Assembly (NCBI GenBank): GCA_021469345.1
Contig: GCA_021469345.1_3049.1
Source of the DNA: a phage
Length of the DNA stretch: 64,000 nucleotides
Direction: 5' to 3' (one strand)
The stretch's first letter is position 1, and every line of letters begins with the position of its first letter. Both the position numbers and the translations under genes were made by a program. This document shows, in pieces, positions 56,663-64,000 of the stretch. Below the pieces are notes generated by a model. That model saw only the letters and a list, made by a program, of their open reading frames with translations, was not told the DNA's origin and searched no databases.

Positions 56663-58213
56663 ATGATTAAGAATGAAATTAAAATTCTGAGCGATATTGA
56701 ACATATCAAAAAGCGTAGCGGCATGTATATTGGCTCTTCTGCTAATGAAATGCATGAGCGCTTTCTGTTTGGTAAATGGGAAAGTGTTCAGTATGTACCT
56801 GGTCTTGTTAAGCTTATTGATGAAATTATCGATAACTCAGTAGATGAAGGTATTCGTACTAAGTTTAAATTCGCAAATAAAATTAATGTTACTATTAAAA
56901 ACAATCAAGTAACAGTTGAAGATAACGGTCGTGGTATTCCACAAGCGATGGTTAAAACACCTACTGGTGAAGAAATTCCTGGCCCTGTTGCTGCATGGAC
57001 TATTCCAAAAGCAGGTGGTAACTTCGGTGATGATAAAGAGCGCGTCACTGGCGGTATGAACGGTGTTGGTTCTAGTTTAACTAATATTTTTTCTGTGATG
57101 TTTGTCGGTGAAACTGGCGACGGTCAAAATAATATTGTAGTTCGTTGTTCAAACGGCATGGAAAATAAATCGTGGGAAGATATTCCTGGAAAATGGAAAG
57201 GAACTCGTGTTACTTTCATTCCTGATTTTATGTCATTTGAAACTAATGAGCTGTCCCAAGTTTATCTTGACATTACACTAGATCGTCTCCAGACACTTGC
57301 TGTTGTTTATCCTGATATTCAATTTACCTTTAATGGTAAAAAGGTTCAGGGCAATTTTAAGAAATATGCACGACAGTATGATGAACATGCTATCGTTCAA
57401 GAACAAGAAAATTGTTCTATTGCGGTTGGTCGTTCACCGGATGGTTTTCGTCAGTTGACGTACGTCAATAACATTCATACTAAGAATGGTGGCCATCACA
57501 TTGACTGTGTTATGGATGATATTTGTGAAGACCTTATTCCACAAATCAAACGCAAGTTCAAAATTGATGTAACTAAAGCGCGTGTTAAAGAATGTTTGAC
57601 TATCGTTATGTTTGTTCGTGATATGAAAAACATGCGATTTGATTCTCAAACTAAAGAGCGTTTGACTTCTCCATTTGGTGAAATCCGTAGTCATATTCAA
57701 CTTGATGCTAAAAAGATTTCACGTGCTATTCTAAATAATGAAGCGATTTTGATGCCGATTATTGAAGCTGCACTAGCTCGTAAATTGGCGGCAGAAAAAG
57801 CAGCAGAAACTAAAGCAGCTAAAAAGGCTTCTAAAGCTAAGGTTCATAAACATATTAAAGCGAATCTTTGCGGTAAAGATGCTGACACTACTCTTTTCTT
57901 GACTGAGGGTGATTCTGCTATCGGATATCTTATTGATGTTCGTGATAAAGAACTTCATGGTGGTTATCCATTACGTGGTAAAGTTCTTAACAGCTGGGGT
58001 ATGTCATATGCTGATATGCTTAAAAACAAAGAACTGTTTGATATTTGCGCAATCACTGGATTAGTTCTCGGTGAAAAGGCGTTTGAAGAAAAAGAAGATG
58101 GCGAGTGGTTTACTTTCGAACTAAATGGCGATACAATTATCGTAAATGAAAATGATGAAGTACAGATTAATGGTAAATGGATAACAGTAGGTGAATTACG
58201 AAAAAATCTATAA
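56663..58213 (+). CDS. 39: DNA topoisomerase II large subunit gp39 (GyrB-like ATPase)
   Basis: 516 aa from ATG 56663; GHKL ATPase motifs; ends where the mobA insertion begins. Confidence 0.95.
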   Translation: MIKNEIKILSDIEHIKKRSGMYIGSSANEMHERFLFGKWESVQYVPGLVKLIDEIIDNSVDEGIRTKFKFANKINVTIKNNQVTVEDNGRGIPQAMVKTPTGEEIPGPVAAWTIPKAGGNFGDDKERVTGGMNGVGSSLTNIFSVMFVGETGDGQNNIVVRCSNGMENKSWEDIPGKWKGTRVTFIPDFMSFETNELSQVYLDITLDRLQTLAVVYPDIQFTFNGKKVQGNFKKYARQYDEHAIVQEQENCSIAVGRSPDGFRQLTYVNNIHTKNGGHHIDCVMDDICEDLIPQIKRKFKIDVTKARVKECLTIVMFVRDMKNMRFDSQTKERLTSPFGEIRSHIQLDAKKISRAILNNEAILMPIIEAALARKLAAEKAAETKAAKKASKAKVHKHIKANLCGKDADTTLFLTEGDSAIGYLIDVRDKELHGGYPLRGKVLNSWGMSYADMLKNKELFDICAITGLVLGEKAFEEKEDGEWFTFELNGDTIIVNENDEVQINGKWITVGELRKNL

Positions 58214-59009
58214 TGACTTAATAGTGCGGGGTAAAACCCGCGTTTCTAAATTTAAGGGTGAAATTCATCATATCCTTCCAAGATCAATGGGAGGTTCTGA
58301 TGATAAAGAAAATTTGGTGAAACTGACTTTTCGTGAACACTTTTTAGCACATTTTCTACTATATAAAATTCATCGTAATCGTGAAATGGCATATGCGATG
58401 AATAGAATGTTAAACACTGAAAAATATTTACGTTCTAGTAAATTATATGAAATTGCTAGAATTTACCATCAAAGAGCAGTATCTGAATGGTCAAAAAACT
58501 TTATGAAAGATAAAGTTTTAATGAGAAGTATTAAATCGGGTAAATGCGCCTTATTAATTAAAGGATCATTTAACTCAAAGGAATGGTGCGGTGTTAATAA
58601 AGGTGTTAAGCTTCCTGGAATTAAAGGCATGACATGCTTTAAAAATGAAAAAGGCGAAGTTTTTCGTCTTCATGTTAATGATCCACGCATTAAAGCTGAA
58701 AAATTAGTTGGTATTGGAAATACTGTTGCTGCTACTGCAAAAGCAGCTGAACTTGAAAAAGCGAAACCATGGTATAATAAATCAGCGACAAATCCAGAGG
58801 CTGTAAAATTAATACCAAATTTATATGAATGGTACGTCACGAAATATGACCCCGATCATTATAAACGAACGGGAGTTGCTAAATGGAAATCAGTTAATAA
58901 TATAACTGTGAATTCAAAATTATTCGGCCGAGCATTTAATGAATTTAAACGCGGTTGGATTCCTGATGAAAAGTTCTATGAGGTGTATAATGAAATTTGT
59001 AAAAATTGA
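58191..59009 (+). CDS. mobA: HNH homing endonuclease MobA
   Basis: 272 aa; GEIHHILPRSMGGSDDKENLVKLTFREHFLAH HNH motif; GTG start overlapping gene 39 end. Confidence 0.8.
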   Translation: MNYEKIYNDLIVRGKTRVSKFKGEIHHILPRSMGGSDDKENLVKLTFREHFLAHFLLYKIHRNREMAYAMNRMLNTEKYLRSSKLYEIARIYHQRAVSEWSKNFMKDKVLMRSIKSGKCALLIKGSFNSKEWCGVNKGVKLPGIKGMTCFKNEKGEVFRLHVNDPRIKAEKLVGIGNTVAATAKAAELEKAKPWYNKSATNPEAVKLIPNLYEWYVTKYDPDHYKRTGVAKWKSVNNITVNSKLFGRAFNEFKRGWIPDEKFYEVYNEICKN

Positions 59010-59522
59010 TTCTTCTAGCGTTGATATGAAAAAATATAAATTGCAGAACAATGTTCGTCGTTCTATTAAATCCTCTTCAATGAACTATGCTAATGTCGCT
59101 ATTATGACAGACGCAGATCACGATGGATAGCCTTCGGGCTATCTATAGAAATACCTCATAATTAAGAGATTATTGGATTAGGTTCTATTTATCCTTCTCT
59201 GCTCGGATTTTTTAGTAATTGGCCAGAATTGTTTGAGCAAGGACGAATTCGCTTTGTCAAAACTCCTGTAATCATCGCTCAGGTCGGTAAAAAACAAGAA
59301 TGGTTTTATACAGTCGCTGAATATGAGAGTGCCAAAGATGCTCTACCTAAACATAGCATCCGTTATATTAAAGGACTTGGCTCTTTGGAAAAATCTGAAT
59401 ATCGTGAGATGATTCAAAATCCAGTATATGATGTTGTTAAACTTCCTGAGAACTGGAAAGAGCTTTTTGAAATGCTCATGGGAGATAACGCTGACCTTCG
59501 TAAAGAATGGATGAGCCAGTAG
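58990..59522 (+). CDS. 60: DNA topoisomerase II subunit gp60, translated with a 50-nt ribosomal bypass (coding gap 59128-59177)
   Basis: MKFVKIDSSS...DADHDG, take-off GGA 59125-59127, UAG, hairpin; landing GGA 59175-59177, then LGSIYPSLLGFF... in frame to stop 59520-59522. Confidence 0.85.
59128..59177 (+). other. translational bypass (hop) element, 50-nt untranslated coding gap
   Basis: GAT GGA TAG CCTTCGGGCTATCTATAG...ATTATT GGA TTA; matching GGA codons 50 nt apart; stem-loop at the take-off site. Confidence 0.85.
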
Positions 59523-59551
59523 TTTACTTTACCACAAGGATGTGGTATAAT
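59522..59551 (+). promoter_or_regulatory. early promoter (GTTTAC-N18-TGGTATAAT)
   Basis: GTTTAC 59522-59527; TATAAT 59546-59551. Confidence 0.6.
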
Positions 59552-59576
59552 TAATTGGGCAAATGAGGATATTGAA

Positions 59577-59780
59577 ATGAAATCATATAAAGTAAATTTA
59601 GAACTTTTTGATAAAGCAGTTCATCGAGAATATAGAATCATTCAACGCTTTTTCGATATGGGAGAAGCCGAAGAATTTAAAAACCGCTTTAAGGATATTA
59701 GAGATAAAATTCAATCCGACACCGCAACTAAAGATGAACTACTAGAAGTTGCTGAAGTTATTAAGCGTAATATGAATTAA
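59577..59780 (+). CDS. hypothetical small protein (rIIA.1 position)
   Basis: 67 aa, RBS GAGGATATTGAA. Confidence 0.5.
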   Translation: MKSYKVNLELFDKAVHREYRIIQRFFDMGEAEEFKNRFKDIRDKIQSDTATKDELLEVAEVIKRNMN

Positions 59781-59790
59781 TGAGGAAATT

Positions 59791-61968
59791 ATGATTATCA
59801 CCACTGAAAAAGAAACAATTCTTGGTAATGGTTCTAAATCAAAAGCATTTAGCATCACAGCATCTCCTAAAGTATTTAAAATTCTGTCATCTGATTTGTA
59901 TACAAACAAAATTCGCGCAGTAGTCCGTGAATTGATTACTAACATGATTGATGCCCATGCACTCAATGGAAATCCTGAAAAATTTATCATACAAGTTCCT
60001 GGACGTTTAGATCCACGATTTGTTTGTCGAGATTTTGGTCCGGGTATGAGTGATTTTGATATTCAGGGTGATGATAATTCTCCTGGTCTGTATAATTCAT
60101 ACTTCAGTTCATCTAAGGCTGAATCTAATGATTTCATTGGCGGATTTGGTTTAGGTTCTAAATCTCCATTTAGTTATACTGATACATTTAGTATTACTTC
60201 GTATCATAAAGGTGAAATTCGTGGTTATGTAGCTTACATGGATGGCGATGGCCCACAGATTAAACCTACATTCGTAAAAGAAATGGGTCCAGATGATAAA
60301 ACTGGTATTGAAATCGTAGTTCCAGTTGAAGAAAAAGACTTTAGAAACTTTGCTTATGAAGTTTCTTATATCATGCGACCATTCAAAGATTTGGCTATCA
60401 TTAATGGCCTTGACCGCGAAATTGATTATTTTCCGGATTTTGATGACTATTACGGTGTAAATCCAGAAAGATACTGGCCTGATCGTGGTGGATTATATGC
60501 TATCTACGGCGGTATTGTTTATCCTATCGATGGTGTTATTAGAGACCGTAACTGGTTAAGCATTCGCAATGAAGTGAATTACATTAAGTTTCCAATGGGT
60601 TCACTGGATATTGCTCCATCTCGCGAGGCTCTTTCACTGGATGATCGTACTCGTAAAAATATCATTGAACGAGTTAAAGAACTCAGTGAGAAAGCATTTA
60701 ATGAAGATGTAAAACGATTTAAAGAATCTACATCTCCTCGTCACACATATCGTGAATTGATGAAGATGAGGTATTCTGCTCGAGATTATATGATTAGTAA
60801 TTCAGTCAAATTCACGACTAAAAATCTGTCATATAAGAAGATGCAGAGCATGTTTGAACCTGACAGTAAGTTATGCAATGCAGGAGTTGTGTATGAAGTA
60901 AATCTTGACCCTCGGCTGAAACGTATTAAGCAAAGCCATGAAACTTCAGCCGTTGCATCAAGCTATCGTCTGTTTGGTATTAATACAACAAAAATTAATA
61001 TCGTTATTGATGATATTAAAAATCGTGTTAATATTGTCCGTGGATTAGCACGTGCGTTAGATGATAGTGAATTTAATAATACTTTAAATATTCATCACAA
61101 TGAGCGTCTTCTGTTTATTAACCCAGAAGTAGAATCGCAGATTGATTTGCTTCCTGATATTATGGCAATGTTTGAAAGTGATGAAGTTAACATTCATTAT
61201 TTGTCAGAAATCGAAGCTTTAGTTAAAAGCTATATTCCAAAGGTAGTTAAAAGTAAAGCTCCTCGTCCTAAAGCTGCTACAGCATTTAAATTTGAAATTA
61301 AAGATGGGCGATGGGAAAAAGAGGAACTATTTACACTTACGTCAGAAGCAGATGAAATTACTGGTTATGTAGCGTATATGCATCGTTCTGATATTTTCTC
61401 TATGGATGGTACTACATCTCTTTGTCATCCATCTATGAATATTTTGATTCGTATGGCTAATCTTATTGGCATTAATGAATTTTATGTTATTCGTCCGCTT
61501 TTACAGAAAAAGGTAAAAGAGCTTGGTCAGTGCCAATGTATTTTTGAAGCTTTGCGTGATTTATATGTAGATGCTTTTGATGATGTAGATTATGATAAGT
61601 ATGTAGGTTATTCAAGTTCAGCTAAACGATATATTGATAAAATTATCAAGTATCCTGAGTTAGATTTTATGATGAAGTACTTCAGTGTAGATGAAGTTTC
61701 TGAAGAATATATACGACTCGCTAATATGGTTAGTTCATTACAGGGTGTATATTTTAATGGTGGAAGAGATACCATCGGTCATGACATCTGGACAGTAACT
61801 AATCTTTTTGATGTATTATCAAATAATGCTTCAAAAAACAGTGATAAAATGGTTGCTGAGTTTACCAAGAAATTCCGTATTGTTTCCGACTTCATCGGTT
61901 ATCGCAGCTCTTTAAGTGATGATGAAGTTTCCCAAATCGCTAAAACTATGAAGGCCCTTGCGGCCTAA
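59791..61968 (+). CDS. rIIA: rIIA protein (membrane-associated, GHKL ATPase-like N-terminus)
   Basis: 725 aa; size, N-terminal ATPase-like motifs and position match T4 rIIA. Confidence 0.95.
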   Translation: MIITTEKETILGNGSKSKAFSITASPKVFKILSSDLYTNKIRAVVRELITNMIDAHALNGNPEKFIIQVPGRLDPRFVCRDFGPGMSDFDIQGDDNSPGLYNSYFSSSKAESNDFIGGFGLGSKSPFSYTDTFSITSYHKGEIRGYVAYMDGDGPQIKPTFVKEMGPDDKTGIEIVVPVEEKDFRNFAYEVSYIMRPFKDLAIINGLDREIDYFPDFDDYYGVNPERYWPDRGGLYAIYGGIVYPIDGVIRDRNWLSIRNEVNYIKFPMGSLDIAPSREALSLDDRTRKNIIERVKELSEKAFNEDVKRFKESTSPRHTYRELMKMRYSARDYMISNSVKFTTKNLSYKKMQSMFEPDSKLCNAGVVYEVNLDPRLKRIKQSHETSAVASSYRLFGINTTKINIVIDDIKNRVNIVRGLARALDDSEFNNTLNIHHNERLLFINPEVESQIDLLPDIMAMFESDEVNIHYLSEIEALVKSYIPKVVKSKAPRPKAATAFKFEIKDGRWEKEELFTLTSEADEITGYVAYMHRSDIFSMDGTTSLCHPSMNILIRMANLIGINEFYVIRPLLQKKVKELGQCQCIFEALRDLYVDAFDDVDYDKYVGYSSSAKRYIDKIIKYPELDFMMKYFSVDEVSEEYIRLANMVSSLQGVYFNGGRDTIGHDIWTVTNLFDVLSNNASKNSDKMVAEFTKKFRIVSDFIGYRSSLSDDEVSQIAKTMKALAA

Positions 61969-61979
61969 TAAGGAAAATT

Positions 61980-62918
61980 ATGTACAATATTAAATGCCTG
62001 ACCAAAAACGAACAAGCTGAAATTGTTAAGCTGTATTCAAGTGGTAATTACACCCAACAGGAATTGGCTGATTGGCAAGGTGTATCAGTTGACACAATCC
62101 GTCGTGTTTTGAAAAATGCTGAAGAAGCTAAACGCCCTAAAGTTACTATTAGCGGTGATATTACAGTTAAAGTTAATAGCGATGCAGTTATTGCTCCAGT
62201 TGCTAAATCTGACATTATTTGGAATGCATCTAAAAAATTCATTTCAATTACTGTTGACGGTGTAACTTATAACGCAACTCCTAATACTCATTCAAACTTC
62301 CAGGAAATTCTTAATCTGCTTGTAGCGGATAAGCTGGAAGAAGCTGCGCAAAAAATTAATGTTCGTCGCGCTGTTGAAAAATATATTTCCGGCGATGTTC
62401 GAATTGAAGGTGGAAGCTTGTTCTATCAAAATATCGAATTGCGGTCCGGTTTGGTTGATCGTATTCTCGATTCGATGGAAAAAGGTGAAAACTTTGAATT
62501 TTATTTTCCGTTCTTGGAAAATCTGTTGGAAAACCCAAGCCAAAAAGCGGTATCTCGACTCTTTGATTTCTTGGTAGCAAACGATATTGAAATTACAGAA
62601 GATGGTTACTTCTATGCTTGGAAAGTAGTTCGTGACAACTACTTTGACTGTCACTCAAACACCTTTGATAACAGTCCTGGTAAAGTAGTTAAAATGCCGC
62701 GTACTCGTGTGAATGACGATGATACACAAACTTGTTCTCGTGGTCTGCATGTGTGTTCTAAATCTTATATTCGTCACTTTGGCAGTTCAACCAGCCGAGT
62801 TGTAAAAGTTAAAGTACATCCGCGTGATGTAGTATCAATTCCGATTGATTACAACGATGCTAAAATGCGTACCTGCCAATACGAAGTAGTTGAAGACGTT
62901 ACTGAACAATTTAAATAA
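61980..62918 (+). CDS. rIIB: rIIB protein
   Basis: 312 aa immediately downstream of rIIA. Confidence 0.95.
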   Translation: MYNIKCLTKNEQAEIVKLYSSGNYTQQELADWQGVSVDTIRRVLKNAEEAKRPKVTISGDITVKVNSDAVIAPVAKSDIIWNASKKFISITVDGVTYNATPNTHSNFQEILNLLVADKLEEAAQKINVRRAVEKYISGDVRIEGGSLFYQNIELRSGLVDRILDSMEKGENFEFYFPFLENLLENPSQKAVSRLFDFLVANDIEITEDGYFYAWKVVRDNYFDCHSNTFDNSPGKVVKMPRTRVNDDDTQTCSRGLHVCSKSYIRHFGSSTSRVVKVKVHPRDVVSIPIDYNDAKMRTCQYEVVEDVTEQFK

Positions 62919-62933
62919 GGGCTTCGGCCCTTA
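62919..62933 (+). terminator. stem-loop GGGCUUCGGCCC, probable terminator
   Basis: GGGCTTCGGCCC then TTATCATATT. Confidence 0.5.
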
Positions 62934-62950
62934 TCATATTAAGGAAAATT

Positions 62951-63145
62951 ATGTTAGGTTATCAAGCACGAGTAAAAGAAGAATACGATCAATTAATGCT
63001 CAAAATTAATGCACTGAGCAAATTTTTAGAAAGCACAAAGTTTCTAACAGTTAATGCAGTTGAGCAAGAACTTCTACTTTCACAGTTCATCTCAATGAAA
63101 TCTTATGCTGAGTGTCTAGAGAAAAGAATTGCACAATTCAAATAA
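62951..63145 (+). CDS. hypothetical small protein
   Basis: 64 aa, RBS AAGGAAAA. Confidence 0.5.
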   Translation: MLGYQARVKEEYDQLMLKINALSKFLESTKFLTVNAVEQELLLSQFISMKSYAECLEKRIAQFK

Positions 63146-63150
63146 AATAA

Positions 63151-63170
63151 GGGCTTCGGCCCTTTTGTTT
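63151..63170 (+). terminator. intrinsic terminator GGGCUUCGGCCC + U tract
   Basis: GGGCTTCGGCCC then TTTTGTTTT. Confidence 0.65.
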
Positions 63171-63182
63171 TAAGGAAAAATT

Positions 63183-63512
63183 ATGATTTATTGTATGAAT
63201 ATCGGTGATTCCGACATAAAAGAGATTAAACTGCACGGAAATCATCACGCTAATATTGTGTACTGTAATAAATTTGAGTTTGGTCACGAAAAACTTGGGT
63301 TTCTTTACTGTAATGATGTTATAGTCATGGATAAAAAGGAGCTCGATGAACTTGACCGTGAGTCTTTAGATGAAAATGACCGAATTTATTACGGCACTCT
63401 TAAAGTATATAACGCTTATCTCAGCGGCAAAAAGGAAAGTCTAAATGCAGAAAACGAATCCGGGTTTACAGAGACTATTTCAGATTCCGACATTTACCCT
63501 ATCGAACAGTGA
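63183..63512 (+). CDS. hypothetical acidic protein
   Basis: 109-aa ORF. Confidence 0.5.
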   Translation: MIYCMNIGDSDIKEIKLHGNHHANIVYCNKFEFGHEKLGFLYCNDVIVMDKKELDELDRESLDENDRIYYGTLKVYNAYLSGKKESLNAENESGFTETISDSDIYPIEQ

Positions 63513-63525
63513 CTTGACTAGTGAA

Positions 63526-64000
63526 ATGAAGGTCAAAATTGCTGATACAGCAAGATACTCTTTAAAACAAAACCCGAACCAGGATAAAGCAGAAGTTATC
63601 GAAAGATGTCGTATCGCTGTGTACGCAGAATTTTTTGTAGCAGATTGGCTAAGCGGGTATGTTAACAAAGGCCAAGAGGACGTTAATGACCCGTATACAT
63701 ACGCATGGGATGTATTGGCGCATCCAAGATACTGCGGGCTTCGTGTAGAAGTTAAGACACATCAAACTGACTCACGTTGGATTTCTGTAACAACAGGATG
63801 CAGCGGAGAGTATCCATATGGTTCTGGAATAAATCTAGGGCCCATTCTGAATCATCAGATCGCTGACTGTATAATTATATTCAACACTAAAGAAATTCAC
63901 CCAGGTGTCATCCAGTACACTCCGAAGTTCATCGGTGATAGAGAAGACCTTCGTAAGGTTGTAAGAAAAAGCAACTACAACGGATGGTATCTTTCCATTT
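63526..64000 (+). CDS. hypothetical protein, 5' part only; DenB (endonuclease IV)-like by position
   Basis: Open frame from ATG 63526 runs to window end (MKVKIADTARYSLKQNP...); lies downstream of rIIB. Confidence 0.4.
   Translation, partial: MKVKIADTARYSLKQNPNQDKAEVIERCRIAVYAEFFVADWLSGYVNKGQEDVNDPYTYAWDVLAHPRYCGLRVEVKTHQTDSRWISVTTGCSGEYPYGSGINLGPILNHQIADCIIIFNTKEIHPGVIQYTPKFIGDREDLRKVVRKSNYNGWYLSI

Larger units (their letters stand above)
58191..59177 (+). mobile_element. mobA + bypass-element cassette splitting the topoisomerase subunit gene
   Basis: HNH endonuclease ORF followed by the 50-nt gene 60 coding gap, between 39 and 60. Confidence 0.7.

Overview
This window is a T-even (T4-like, Tevenvirinae) myovirus genome segment, read as the reverse complement of the usual T4 map orientation. 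It is AT-rich and almost fully coding, with about 125 tightly packed or overlapping genes, all but one on the + strand. Gene order is co-linear with T4: vs/regB region, tk, rI, a long run of small accessory ORFs, nrdC, 49, nrdD, nrdG, 55, a-gt, 47, 46, rpbA, 45, 44, 62, regA, 43, imm, 42, a glycosyltransferase, uvsX, 40, 41, the dmd/sp locus, 61, dam, 56, soc, modB, modA, srd, dda, dexA, cef, goF, 39, mobA, 60, rIIA, rIIB and a partial denB-like gene. Identifications rest on reading the translated ORFs against remembered T4 proteins and motifs; no database search was run. Regulatory signals visible by eye include many early promoters of the form GTTTAC-N18-TAnnnT, two TATAAATA late promoters, and UUCG-tetraloop terminators. 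The phage is not T4 itself: nrdD is uninterrupted, there is no segF between 56 and soc, and the gene at the beta-gt position is a different 282-aa glycosyltransferase. It does carry the T4-type gene 60 translational bypass element with the mobA HNH endonuclease. The best candidates for undescribed biology are a tandem array of four divergent coiled-coil paralogs (12164-16132), a membrane protein / nucleotidyltransferase / AAA+ ATPase / GIY-YIG endonuclease block (6974-10725), a single opposite-strand membrane protein gene between 61 and dam, and a glutaredoxin-like ORF with no canonical start codon. No tRNA, rRNA, CRISPR array or integrase was found.
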